This document shows, piece by piece, positions 31,024 to 41,662 of a DNA stretch of 64,000 nt. The translations under genes were made by a program, and so were the position numbers. The DNA lies in the NCBI GenBank assembly GCA_965218785.1, contig OZ244650.1, forward strand, positions 1,120,001-1,184,000, written 5' to 3'. Below the pieces are notes generated by a model. It saw nothing but the letters and a program-made list of their open reading frames with translations, searched no databases and was not told the DNA's origin. This stretch comes from Nitrosopumilus sp. GTDB lineage: Archaea > Thermoproteota > Nitrososphaeria > Nitrososphaerales > Nitrosopumilaceae. Numbering within the stretch: position 1 is the first letter of the stretch; each line of letters starts with the position of its first letter.

Positions 31024-32271
31024 CTAATTTAGATAATATTCTGAAATACTATCTTCGTTGATTATCCATTTTATTTTACCTAGTTCCACCAATCTTCCCA
31101 TTATTGCAAGTCTTTTTTGTTTAATATTATTTTTGATTTTTGGATTATCTACTTTTAGTTTAGAAATGTTGAATTTTGCACATTCATCGGGATTATTATT
31201 GATATATTTTTTAATCTCAGAATGAATAATCGTCTCTATTTCTTTTAAATTCTTCTTTGATTCAGTTAAGGATAATTTTGGACCTTGTTTTTTTACAATG
31301 GATAAAATCTTTTTCATAATCTGATTTTCAAGATTTCTATTGGGAATAATTTCCTTTAGTATGAATTCTGATTCTTGTTCTGAGAGTGCACCTTTTGAAA
31401 AGTCATTTTTAGGAAATATGGGATTTTCTATTAAAACAAACTTTTTTCCCAATTCTGAAAGAGAGATAAACACTTTATCATCTTCTTCAAATGCATATAT
31501 CAGTCCTAATGCTGATAATGCACCATCTAAATGATTTCCTCCCAATCTTCTACTGATTCTTGTTTTACCCATTTGAATATCTTTTATTCTTATTTTCATT
31601 TCTATATCTTTGTCTTTATCATCTGAGTTTGTTTTCTTTGGTAATCCGGTAGATAACTTGTGTTGTCTTTTAACATCACCTGCTTTTTCATATTTTCTAA
31701 TCATTTCACCATACTCTTGAAGTAAATCATATGCATTAACCCTGAGAACTTTGAGTTCAATTTTTGAATTATTTTTACTCTCAAGTAAATGTGCGAGCAT
31801 CAACATAGACAATTTTATTGGTAAAAATCTATTATAATTATTGGAGAGCATGGGATATCCATCATATGGAATGATTTTTTCTGGTTTTGATATTTTTAAT
31901 GATTTGATGTATTTCATTATATTTGGATAATTTCCTTGTACTTTCATGTGATCATAATCTGTATGTCCTAGAGCTCTTTGTTCTGTTTCTTCATCTTTCT
32001 CGGATTCGATATCCAATGTTCCAAAATGTTTTTTTATTTCTTCATCTTTCATTGATTGGGATATTTGAGATTCTTGTTCGGGCGTCAAAGGTCTAAGCGA
32101 GTTAATTATTTGCAAACAATCTTCTGGATGTTTACTTTCCCATGCGATTAAAATTTCAATTGCCGATCTTAAAAAATCCGATGTGCTTGAAAATTTTTTT
32201 GACGATTCAACTACTTCACTAATCTGTCTTTTTTGCATTGGAAGAATGGCAAATTTGTCAATCTCATTCAT
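31024..32271 (-). CDS. Hypothetical protein with a ribbon-helix-helix-like N-terminus
   Basis: QISEVVESSKKFSSTSDFLRSAIEILI resembles CopG/RHH; 415 aa; divergent from the helicase operon. Confidence 0.55.
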   Translation of the reverse strand: MNEIDKFAILPMQKRQISEVVESSKKFSSTSDFLRSAIEILIAWESKHPEDCLQIINSLRPLTPEQESQISQSMKDEEIKKHFGTLDIESEKDEETEQRALGHTDYDHMKVQGNYPNIMKYIKSLKISKPEKIIPYDGYPMLSNNYNRFLPIKLSMLMLAHLLESKNNSKIELKVLRVNAYDLLQEYGEMIRKYEKAGDVKRQHKLSTGLPKKTNSDDKDKDIEMKIRIKDIQMGKTRISRRLGGNHLDGALSALGLIYAFEEDDKVFISLSELGKKFVLIENPIFPKNDFSKGALSEQESEFILKEIIPNRNLENQIMKKILSIVKKQGPKLSLTESKKNLKEIETIIHSEIKKYINNNPDECAKFNISKLKVDNPKIKNNIKQKRLAIMGRLVELGKIKWIINEDSISEYYLN

Positions 32272-32476
32272 GAAAACTATTTTACATTTACGGGTTAAAA
32301 ATGTTCTAAAAAAAGGTCTATTTTTTAAATTAAGGCATTAAATGTAAGATTGACATTCTGATCGCACTTTTGACCATTAAATCACTCTAATTAATCACTT
32401 TATATTTAAAAAAAGACTTTTTCTAGAAATAAACAATACTTTTAATAACAAATTATGCGTAGGGTATATATGCAAG

Positions 32477-32932
32477 TTGAAAAAACTGATCGCCCAGACT
32501 GGAGATTTTCATAAAATGTCTAGTCAGTCTTTTAGAAAAAAAACCAGAGTTGTTCTTACAAATATGGATCTAAAACTTTTTCAATATTATAATAATACAC
32601 ACGGACATAATTCTAATAAGTATCTCAATTCTTCAGATTGTTGCATAGTGTGTGGTGGTGGATGTTCTTTTGATATTCAAGAAAAAATGATTGAACCTCT
32701 TGTTGGCCACCATGTAAAATATTTTCCACCTATAATTGCTTTTGTTCATTATTCTTGTCATAAAAAAATTCACGATATGGATAATCCCATGAGTGTATTT
32801 ATTCAATATGAAAAAGGTGATTCTAAAAAATATTATGATTCAATGAAAAAGAACATAGAGTCCAATAAATCTAAATTAAAAAATTTGGAAGAAATATCTG
32901 GAAAAAATATCATCAGGAGATTATATAACTAA
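32477..32932 (+). CDS. Small HNH-like Zn-binding protein
   Basis: CIVCG...GHHVKY...VHYSCHKKIH. Confidence 0.55.
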   Translation: MKKLIAQTGDFHKMSSQSFRKKTRVVLTNMDLKLFQYYNNTHGHNSNKYLNSSDCCIVCGGGCSFDIQEKMIEPLVGHHVKYFPPIIAFVHYSCHKKIHDMDNPMSVFIQYEKGDSKKYYDSMKKNIESNKSKLKNLEEISGKNIIRRLYN

Positions 32933-33147
32933 TGATACGTTATAATCAGGGATTTGATATGAATTGGGTTCCCTTCAAATCAAAATGGCCAGGAAAATGC
33001 GAAGCCTGTGAATGCTCTATTTTCGAAGGGGATGATATTTTTTGGAACAAAATTTCAAAAAAGATCAGACATGAAAAATGCCTTGATGTTGAATTTTACC
33101 AAACAATGAATCAAACACAGTATTGGAAAGGAGGCAGACATAGATGA
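32932..33147 (+). CDS. Small Zn-finger protein
   Basis: SKWPGKCEACECSIFEGD...RHEKC; overlaps both neighbours. Confidence 0.55.
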   Translation: MIRYNQGFDMNWVPFKSKWPGKCEACECSIFEGDDIFWNKISKKIRHEKCLDVEFYQTMNQTQYWKGGRHR

Positions 33148-35606
33148 CTGCTTTCGTTTTAGAATCTTGTCCAAAATGTAAGAATGCATTATATGAACAA
33201 TATATCAATGGTAATGAGATTCTTATTTGTACGAAATGTAAATTCGAAAAGATATGTAACACCGAACCTCAGATAAAAGAAGTGGTTGCACCAAATAATT
33301 ATAGGAAATTAAAAATTAAAACAAATATAGATAAAACATTACTAAAACCTGTTTCCGAATTTGAAGATATTGATTTCTCAGAATATGTCAAGCAGGAAAA
33401 AAACTGCAAATTAATTCATGAGATGATCTTACCCAAATCTGAGCCCAAATACTCTCAAAAATCCCTAGACAAATTAATCACCAGTACAAAAATTAGGAAT
33501 TTTCTAAAGAAAGATATTCCAAATTTATATTCTTATCAGGCCAAAGTAATTACAAAAATTACTGAAGATAAAAATGTCATAATCACTGCACCTACCGCTT
33601 CAGGAAAAACAAAAGCATTCTTGATTCCAATTTTAGATAAAATCATTCAAAATCCAAATGAAAACAAGGTTTCTGCACTTTTTGTTTATCCAACTAAAGC
33701 ATTAACTGCGGATCAAGTTGAAAACATGTATGATCTTATTGCGGAATCAGGCATTACAATCAAACAGTTAGACGGAAGTAAAAAAGAGCAGGAATATAGG
33801 CGTCAGATAATCTCCAATCCCCCGGATATTCTTGCAACTAATTTTGATTTTATTTCTTACCACTTGGCTCATTCCAGCAGCACTCCTTTTTCACATGCAT
33901 TTAGGGAAATGATTAGTAATCTAAAATTCATCGTAGTGGATGAAACTCATCAATGCAAAGGATTCTTTGGAACTAATATCAAATGGATTTTAAAAAGACT
34001 GCAAAGATTAAATCCAGATTTACAATTTATTGCCGCATCGGCAACTTTAAACGATGCAGTTAATTTTTGCAACAAGTTATTCCCTGTTAAAATGACTCAG
34101 ATAGAAGGATCTGGTAAAAGAGGAAGTCTGACGGTACAATTTGTTCAAACCAGCACAGAACGCTCTTTGTTAATCACATTGACCCGGTTGTTTGCAAAGT
34201 ACGGGAGACAGGTTTTGACTTTTGCAAAATCAAGAAAAGATGCCGAACTTGTTGCAATTGACGGTTCTGACAAATCCTGTGAAATATTTGTTCATCGTTC
34301 CGGAATCTCTGATCAGAAAAGAGCAATCGTGGAATCTGCATTAAGAAAAAATGAAATTAAAGCGGTTTCCTGTACGCCCACCCTGGAGTTAGGCATAAAC
34401 ATTGGCAATCTTGATGCGGTAGTTTCTTCTTTTACCCCTTATTCTAGATTGACTCAAAGAATTGGAAGATCTGGCAGACATGGTCAGGACTCTAATGCAA
34501 TAATGGTTTTAGACGAATCAAACCCAATTGCCAACTATTACATCAAAAATATTCAAAAATATTTTGATGATGATAAATTACATACGATTAACTTTGAAAA
34601 TCCCACAGTAGTAGAAAACCAAATCCTCTTAATGGCAAAAGAAAACCCTCTTTCAGAATATGAAACCACTGAATTTTCTAAAACAGTTCAAATTCTATGT
34701 GGTGACGGACGATTAATTTTCAATAATGGGAAATACCATTGTTCTGATTCTGGCTGGAAATCTCTTGCCGAATATAATATCAGAGACATGGGTTCCTCTG
34801 TTAAATTATTTAAAAAGTTGTACTATTCAGAAAAGCAGTATCATATTGGCGAAATTGAAGCTCCAATTGCCTATGATTGGCTATATCCAGGGGCATTGTA
34901 CTTTCATGATAAGATAGCTTATCGTTGCCAGTCTTTTGAGAAACGAGCAAAATATTCTAAAGCATACTTGATTCCTGAAACCACTGCCAACATGACACTT
35001 CCAATAAAATTTAAAGATGCAGACATCAAAGAAATTTATGAATCTGCAGAGGGTTCAAACTTTACAATGGCATATGGTTTAGTCCACGTTCACCAACAAA
35101 TTTCAAAATATTATGAAAAAAATAGATCTGCATCTTTAGATAATGCGGAGATTCATGATGTAGATAAGCCACTTCATTTTGATTTTGACACATTAGGTGT
35201 TGCATTTAGATTAAATTCTCAAAATATCCCTTCAAAATTACACCTATCTGATTCACTTACTAGTGCGGATGGTGCATTGCATGCCGTCAAACATCTCTTA
35301 ATTCATGCTGCAAAGATGATTGTTGGTGCTGAAAGTAGTGAAATTGATGGAATGGTTGATCCTACTAAAAACATCATTTTGCTATTTGATAATTCTATGA
35401 ATGGTGGAAATGGGGTTTGCAAAGCAATATTTGAAAAACAAGATTTAGTTATTGAGCGAGCCTTGGAATTAATTTCAACTTGTGATTGTAATGAAGCGGC
35501 TGGCTGTCCAAAATGTACCCATTGGGATGGCTGTTCTCACTTTAATGAGAATTTAGAAAAAGAAGATGCAAGAAAAATTCTAGAATCTATGAGCTCTTTA
35601 CAATAG
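33144..35606 (+). CDS. DEAD/DEAH helicase with a C-terminal DUF1998 Zn domain (MrfA/Hrq1-like)
   Basis: LYSYQ, TAPTASGKT, VVDETH, SAT, TLELGINIG, QRIGRSGR, LHAVKHLL, CDC..GCPKC; N-terminal CPKC..CTKC ribbon. Confidence 0.92.
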   Translation: MTAFVLESCPKCKNALYEQYINGNEILICTKCKFEKICNTEPQIKEVVAPNNYRKLKIKTNIDKTLLKPVSEFEDIDFSEYVKQEKNCKLIHEMILPKSEPKYSQKSLDKLITSTKIRNFLKKDIPNLYSYQAKVITKITEDKNVIITAPTASGKTKAFLIPILDKIIQNPNENKVSALFVYPTKALTADQVENMYDLIAESGITIKQLDGSKKEQEYRRQIISNPPDILATNFDFISYHLAHSSSTPFSHAFREMISNLKFIVVDETHQCKGFFGTNIKWILKRLQRLNPDLQFIAASATLNDAVNFCNKLFPVKMTQIEGSGKRGSLTVQFVQTSTERSLLITLTRLFAKYGRQVLTFAKSRKDAELVAIDGSDKSCEIFVHRSGISDQKRAIVESALRKNEIKAVSCTPTLELGINIGNLDAVVSSFTPYSRLTQRIGRSGRHGQDSNAIMVLDESNPIANYYIKNIQKYFDDDKLHTINFENPTVVENQILLMAKENPLSEYETTEFSKTVQILCGDGRLIFNNGKYHCSDSGWKSLAEYNIRDMGSSVKLFKKLYYSEKQYHIGEIEAPIAYDWLYPGALYFHDKIAYRCQSFEKRAKYSKAYLIPETTANMTLPIKFKDADIKEIYESAEGSNFTMAYGLVHVHQQISKYYEKNRSASLDNAEIHDVDKPLHFDFDTLGVAFRLNSQNIPSKLHLSDSLTSADGALHAVKHLLIHAAKMIVGAESSEIDGMVDPTKNIILLFDNSMNGGNGVCKAIFEKQDLVIERALELISTCDCNEAAGCPKCTHWDGCSHFNENLEKEDARKILESMSSLQ

Positions 35607-36192
35607 ATATGCGTATTTAACTCAATTCCGGAGAACTAACACCGGGGCAAGTTTTTCAGAACATACTGATCTAAAAGCAAGGTTAGCATCATAAAAAAAT
35701 TGACAAGGATTAGATCATATGTAAACTCAATTCCACCATATCAAACAAAATTCTACTATAAACGAGCTGAACAATGAAAACATCATCTTCGAGAGATGCA
35801 TACACAGTAGAGTAAATTGGAAATCAAAGGAAAGTCATGACAAAAAGAGTTCTGATGCAGCACACACGCACACAATAAAGGCACTAGACAGCATGGTGGT
35901 GATGAACAAAAATTCATGAGACCAATATGGGAATCTATTCAGATATTGACCTTATGAACTTTTGATCGTCACTACGAACACTTGATTCACCAGATATCAT
36001 TGTGACAAAAATTGACATACTCAATAAAAGATACATGGAAGCCGTTGCAACACACATCAAAAAATTCAAGGTAATAAAATCCCAGATAATGAAAAGAGCA
36101 AAACAAGTAATCTGTGTCAGATTGGAAAAAATTAATGAGAACAATCTGAATCATGTAATGAAAATTTTTTCCGATTAGAATCCAGTATTACG

Positions 36193-36402
36193 CTAGGCGT
36201 ATTGATAGTAGCCAAATCTTTCCAATTGTCGTCTAATTGATTCTGCAAGACGAGCAAATCCGTTACGTATTGCATGATATAGCGCAGCTAGTAAAGAGAC
36301 AATCTCATCCCATACACTACGGTTTTCTTGTTGTTGTGCCAATAACATAACTATTTCATTCAAGTATAAAAATAATTTTAAAATTTTAGTCCAATTTGAC
36401 AT
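36193..36402 (-). CDS. Small hypothetical amphipathic protein
   Basis: 69-aa ORF overlapping the upstream membrane gene; start uncertain. Confidence 0.4.
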   Translation of the reverse strand: MSNWTKILKLFLYLNEIVMLLAQQQENRSVWDEIVSLLAALYHAIRNGFARLAESIRRQLERFGYYQYA

Positions 36403-37141
36403 CTTTTTGTACGATGTTTTTCTCTTTTAGGAATAAAACAAATTTTTCCACTAGAGAATTTTCTGTTCTAATTTTGTACAAAAAAGTCATGATATAAAAT
36501 GGAGCAGGAAGATAGATTATGCTTACAATCAATTCACTTGTATCAAGTCCACGTAACAGGGTTTGTAATACATTCATTGTAACAAAGCCTCCAATGATAT
36601 ATCTGAATGGGGTTGTGGGAGAAATAATTTTCTTTTTAATTTTTAAAAACAATCTCAGATTAGATGATTCAATGATACTAATTGGAACAACAATAAGTGA
36701 AACAATTGGCGTCATTATCCATGCAAGAATTAACACATCAAAATTACTTGATATTTTTATCTCATCTGAAGGCAATGATATACCTAGTGTAAACACCATA
36801 TTGTAAGCAATGAATACAACAAATGCCCAGCTGCCTATCCACAACAAAAACAATGAACTAGTAGAACTTTTTGGAGTTGATGCAAGAAAAAAATTTTTCT
36901 CATCTAATAATTCTGGTTTGATAAGAAAGTGAAACCAGGAAAATCTCTGCAAATAAAAGAATCCTTGTGCTATCCTTTCAGATACTATTTTTGTTACTAT
37001 CCAGGCAGTTACACCAAGCAGTACACTAATGATGAGGATGATCAATACATCTAAGTTTTGAGAATCTGTTATTCCATAAACTCCAGATCCCAAAGTAAGC
37101 CCGATTAACAGACTATGTATCCATCCTTCTTTTTTATTCAA
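36386..37141 (-). CDS. Multi-pass membrane protein
   Basis: About 6 hydrophobic helices in 251 aa. Confidence 0.7.
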   Translation of the reverse strand: MNKKEGWIHSLLIGLTLGSGVYGITDSQNLDVLIILIISVLLGVTAWIVTKIVSERIAQGFFYLQRFSWFHFLIKPELLDEKNFFLASTPKSSTSSLFLLWIGSWAFVVFIAYNMVFTLGISLPSDEIKISSNFDVLILAWIMTPIVSLIVVPISIIESSNLRLFLKIKKKIISPTTPFRYIIGGFVTMNVLQTLLRGLDTSELIVSIIYLPAPFYIMTFLYKIRTENSLVEKFVLFLKEKNIVQKDVKLD

Positions 37142-37198
37142 TTCTAACTTACTACCTACATTACATGCTACTAAATTTTTGAATCAATGTTAAAGAAA

Positions 37199-37504
37199 TT
37201 ACACATCACAGGTTCTTATGTGAAGGTGAGCACCGTTTCGTCTTGCCCAAGTTCTTAGAACACGATGTTGTTCACGATCTTTATCACGGGATTCCGGAGT
37301 TTCCCATTCAATAATTTGTATATCTTTCCCTTTTTTTGCAATGATGTCGGGTCTCTTTGTAACACCGTCCACTGTCAAGTTTTTCGGGGTGGAATAACCT
37401 GAAATGTCTGCCCGAACTTTGTAACCGTTTGAGACATACCGTGCAGCATCTCTAGAAATTGCAGCATCATGACATGTTTGTTTGTATCCTGATCTTTTGA
37501 CCAT
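37199..37504 (-). CDS. Small PD-(D/E)xK-like protein
   Basis: RPDIIAKKGKDIQIIEWET, a restriction-endonuclease-like core; 101 aa. Confidence 0.55.
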   Translation of the reverse strand: MVKRSGYKQTCHDAAISRDAARYVSNGYKVRADISGYSTPKNLTVDGVTKRPDIIAKKGKDIQIIEWETPESRDKDREQHRVLRTWARRNGAHLHIRTCDV

Positions 37505-37544
37505 ACAATCTGATCGCGTACTTTGTAATAAACTGTTACTCCAC

Positions 37545-37685
37545 TGGTGTGGACCCCGCTAGAATGAGAACACTTTTTGCACGTTTTTACATACAGTTAT
37601 CATTATTTATTTCTCATCCCTCATTTTGATAAAAATTCTTGAGTCAATACCCCATGCAAAGTAGATCATAGAGTGGTTCTCACCA
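37545..37685. mobile_element. IS3-derived MITE (~141 bp)
   Basis: TGgtgtggaccccgctagaatgag ... tagagtggttctcacCA; homologous to 29327-29470. Confidence 0.8.
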
Positions 37686-37778
37686 GTATCTGAAGAATTC
37701 CGATTGACCTCATGAAAATTTGATTGTTACCACATGTATGAATTCCGGCTAGTGTAATTATGAGATTAAAAAGGAATT

Positions 37779-39209
37779 CTAAGATGATTTTGCAGAAATC
37801 TTGCCAATAATATCTGTTAATTCCAATTCAAATTCTCGTGATATATCCCCTGCCCCACTTAATGCATGACCTGTTTCATGAAGTAGTGTTCCTGCATACG
37901 ACACAATATCCTTTAACTGGTCTCGTTTGATGATGATTCTTTCTTTGTATGTTTCCCAAAGACCTACTGCCTCCATACCTGATTCTTCATTACGCATGGT
38001 CTCAGATATTAAAATCTCATTGATCATATCAGGTCTGCCTCCAATCAAATTGAAAATATCGGGGGTCTTGTTCCAAATCTTACGCTCCCTTGGATTCAAT
38101 TCATCTGGTTTGATAAATTTGAATTTAAAACTCTCATTCCATTCACGATTATACTGTCCCAGATCTCTCATGGCGTTTCCCAAAACATCTGTCCCACCCT
38201 GAATCTTTTGACTGGTTGTCTCAGGGACAACCATGATTGATAATCCGTCACTTCGGGCGTTATCTACTGCCACTGGAGATGATTGTAATTGCTCGGGTGT
38301 AACAAAAACCACGGTTGATTCAGTATTTAGAATTTTACATGCATGCTCTGAGATATTGGAATATTTCAGTTCATCATGCTGTGTGCCTCTTTGAAATCCA
38401 TCTAAATCATCCATTAAAAGCTTGGCAACTCTTTGATCTTTACTTGATAACAAAATCGTTTTTACTCTTTCTGCATATGCCGTTCTTCCTATGTTTGTTC
38501 TTTCACGATTAAGTGCTTTTCTCATTGTGCTTGTCAATGAAGTTATGTTGTATGAGAAAAGAAAATTATCTTCTTCTGCTACTTTGACTCCGTTAATGTA
38601 GATTTTAGAAATACACTCATTGTCTGCTCGCCAAAGCGGGTTATGGGAAATTGGATCTTTTGTTAGAATCTCCCCATACTGTGTTTTTTCTAATATTTCT
38701 TCACCAGAAAATTTCAAAAACAAATTCTTTGCTTTTTCCATGTCTTCGTCTGTACAACCATCTATGATGACCTTAGTTCCAACAATACCTTCATCTGTTG
38801 GTGATAAAATCACGGCATGGAGTGTGACTATGTCCTCGAATCCATGTTTAATTGATTTGTCAATTGTGATATCCCCATATTTTGATTTTATTGTTATGTT
38901 AATCTTGTGTCTATCAAATGTGGCCAAGGCATCTTTTAATCCAACTCCAAATTTACCAATAACTAATTCGGGATGAGAAATTTTCTCCTCATTTTCATTC
39001 TGGGTTAAATGTTCGTATTTTATACCGCGTCCATAATCTCGGATTACAAAACAGTTATCCTCTTTTTTAATTTCAATGTCTTTTGTATCTGTAAGTAGTT
39101 GCTCATCTATGGCATTTGCAATAATTTCTCGTATTGCATGATGTACTTCCCAATCCTCTAAAACTTCCTCGATGTTTAGATCAAATTTTCTCATGATTGA
39201 AACTAGCAT
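37779..39209 (-). CDS. GHKL (MORC/HSP90-like) ATPase with a C-terminal HExxH motif
   Basis: AIREIIANAID, IRDYGRGI, IGKFGVGLK, GTKV; C-terminal TLLHETGH...FE. Confidence 0.8.
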   Translation of the reverse strand: MLVSIMRKFDLNIEEVLEDWEVHHAIREIIANAIDEQLLTDTKDIEIKKEDNCFVIRDYGRGIKYEHLTQNENEEKISHPELVIGKFGVGLKDALATFDRHKINITIKSKYGDITIDKSIKHGFEDIVTLHAVILSPTDEGIVGTKVIIDGCTDEDMEKAKNLFLKFSGEEILEKTQYGEILTKDPISHNPLWRADNECISKIYINGVKVAEEDNFLFSYNITSLTSTMRKALNRERTNIGRTAYAERVKTILLSSKDQRVAKLLMDDLDGFQRGTQHDELKYSNISEHACKILNTESTVVFVTPEQLQSSPVAVDNARSDGLSIMVVPETTSQKIQGGTDVLGNAMRDLGQYNREWNESFKFKFIKPDELNPRERKIWNKTPDIFNLIGGRPDMINEILISETMRNEESGMEAVGLWETYKERIIIKRDQLKDIVSYAGTLLHETGHALSGAGDISREFELELTDIIGKISAKSS

Positions 39210-39227
39210 CTAAAGTTCTCATGTATC

Positions 39228-41662
39228 TTAAAAATTTTGCGTAGTTCCAACAGATGTCATTCCCTCGATTTCAATTTTCACGGTATTCTCAGAATTATCT
39301 TTGATTGTTAGTACATATGGCAATACCTCTTTCACATCTTCCACATGAGTAATTATTATAATCTGTTTGAATTGATTTGAAAGTTTTGATAGTGCCTCTA
39401 GAATGCTGTGTTTCCTTCCTTCATCTTGGCTGCCAAATATCTCGTCTAGTACGATAAAATTAACCTGCATTCCCCCTACCCGTTCTGCCAATTCCTGTGA
39501 AATTGCAATCCGTAAACAAAGATTTGCTAGATCGGCCTCTCCTCCTGAGAATCTTTTTGTTGTAAATTGATTTCCTTCATCTTCAATCTGTATGTTGTAA
39601 TCCTCATCAAGATCCATTGAAGAATATCTTCCTTTTGTGATTTTTCTAAATAATTCAGATGATCTTTGTGAAAGTATTGGTCTTATTCTGGAAATAAGAT
39701 CTAATTTAAATTCATTCATTATTCCTTCTAATTTACTTCTTGAACCAATCTCTTTGTTTATTTTATCAATTGTAATTTGTTTTTCTTTTTCTTCCTCAAT
39801 ATTGTCTACAATTTGTTTTATTTGCAATATCAAATGTTCAAGTTTACCCTTTAATTTAATCCGATGCACTCTAGTTTCACTATATTTTTCTTTTGTTTGT
39901 TCCAAATTTTTTTCAGACTGTTCATATTCTATTTCATTATATCCAATAGAATCCAATTTCTTTGTTTCAGATATTTCTTTTTTCTCAAATATTGAAATAT
40001 CAATCAAAGATTGTTTTTGTCTATCAGATAAAACAAGTATTCTTTTTACATCAGCAGATAATTTCATAGATTCATCTTTGATTTTAGAAAGTTCATCAAG
40101 ATGTTTATTTATTTTTAAATGGTGATCACGATTATATTTCAAATCAGAAAACTTCTTCAATTTTCTTACTAAACTTGTTTTATCCTGATTTAGCGTAACA
40201 ATTGTTTTCTTACATTCTTTTAATCGGATTTGCAGTGATGTTCTATCAATTTTCTTCTTGTTAAGTTCCACAATATCTTCTTCAAATTCTTCAATCTTCT
40301 TTTTAATGGATTTGAGTTCTGAATCCTGTTTTTTCTTTTTTTCAGAGTCGTTACTAATTTTATCAGATAGTTTGGACATTTCTTGATCAAAATGCTTTGA
40401 AACGTGAGGAAAATGTTCTTTTAGAGGCCGTTTACAGGTAGGGCATTCGCCATCTTTTCCGAGTTTCATTATCTTGGAAAATTCTTCTTCTAGTTCTGAT
40501 CTTCGTATATTATCGTCCTTTATCTTGGTAGAAATTACATTTATCAATTTGGTGATGTTTTCTTTCATTGTTTCGTATTTTTCTAACTCTTTATCTTGTT
40601 TTTTGAATTCTTGATCAAGCCCATTTAATTTAACAAGTCTTTTTCCAATTTTTCTATTATCGTCTTCTTGTTTTTTAATCTTAAGAGAAATTGCGGTATG
40701 TTGATCTTCCAGTCCTTCCTTCTCGGTAAATTTTCCATATAATGAATCAAGTTCATTCTTTTCTTTTTTCATTGTTTCATATTTCTTTATTTTTGGAGCA
40801 ATCTGATTCATTCTTTTTTTAGAAAGATATGCATGCTCTAGATCGGATTCTATTATTTTTTTCTCATCCATCTTGGATTTTTTTTGTGTCATAATTTTTT
40901 CATATTCTTTGCTTACTTTGTTATAGTTTAGATATTTTTTTTATGTACTGTAAATTCAGTTCGTTTTTTACTCACTTCTAACATCAATAATTTAATTTGA
41001 TGGTCATGTTCTTTGACCTGTTTTGATACATCTTTTTTATCATCAGATATTTTATCTGATTCTTTTTCAAGAGAATCTATATCTTTTAAGCTATTTTCTA
41101 AAAATAAAATTTTATTTTTATTTTCTTTTATATCACTTCGTATTATGCTTATTGCATCATCTATTTTGTTAATTCGTAGTAATCTCATTATAGTTTTTTT
41201 TCTTTCACCAGGTTGTAAATTGGATAGAGAATTAAGTTCTTTTTGTTTTGCAAAAATAGAAGCGAAAAATGTAACATGATCCATGCCGGTTCTTTTTGCT
41301 ATGAATTCAGAAACCTCTGTCATTCCTTGAACTTCGGCGATATTGCTTCCATTGATAAAGACACTGGCATGTCCAGAAGCATTTCTTCCTCTTAATTCCC
41401 GAATAATTTTGACGGTGTCAGAACCAAACATCATCTCAAGTGTGACACTACAATCTTCAGTATCTGAAATTCCAGTTGTTTTTATTTGATCTTTTTTTGT
41501 TCGAGATGCATCATTTCCATATAAGCACCATCCCACGGCCTCTATCAAAGAGGATTTTCCCGAACCATTTCTTCCCACAATTCCTACTAGTCCAGATGGA
41601 AATTCAATGTCTTCATCTTGATATCGCCTATAATTTTTCAGATGAACTCGTTTCAAGAACAT
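39228..41662 (-). CDS. sbcC: SbcC/Rad50 SMC-like ATPase split by a 1-nt frameshift (ORFs 40928-41662 and 39228-40892)
   Basis: Walker A GRNGSGKSS, Zn hook CPTC, signature FSGGE, Walker B VLDEIFGSQD, H-loop ITH. Adding one A to the A8 run at 40935-40942 joins the two frames. Confidence 0.88.

Noticed and set aside
18269-35606. DISARM system (SNF2 + DUF1998 helicase + MTase)
   Set aside because: No separate DrmA/DrmB pair or PLD DrmC; the DUF1998 domain is fused as in MrfA/Hrq1 and lies 6 kb away beyond a MITE.
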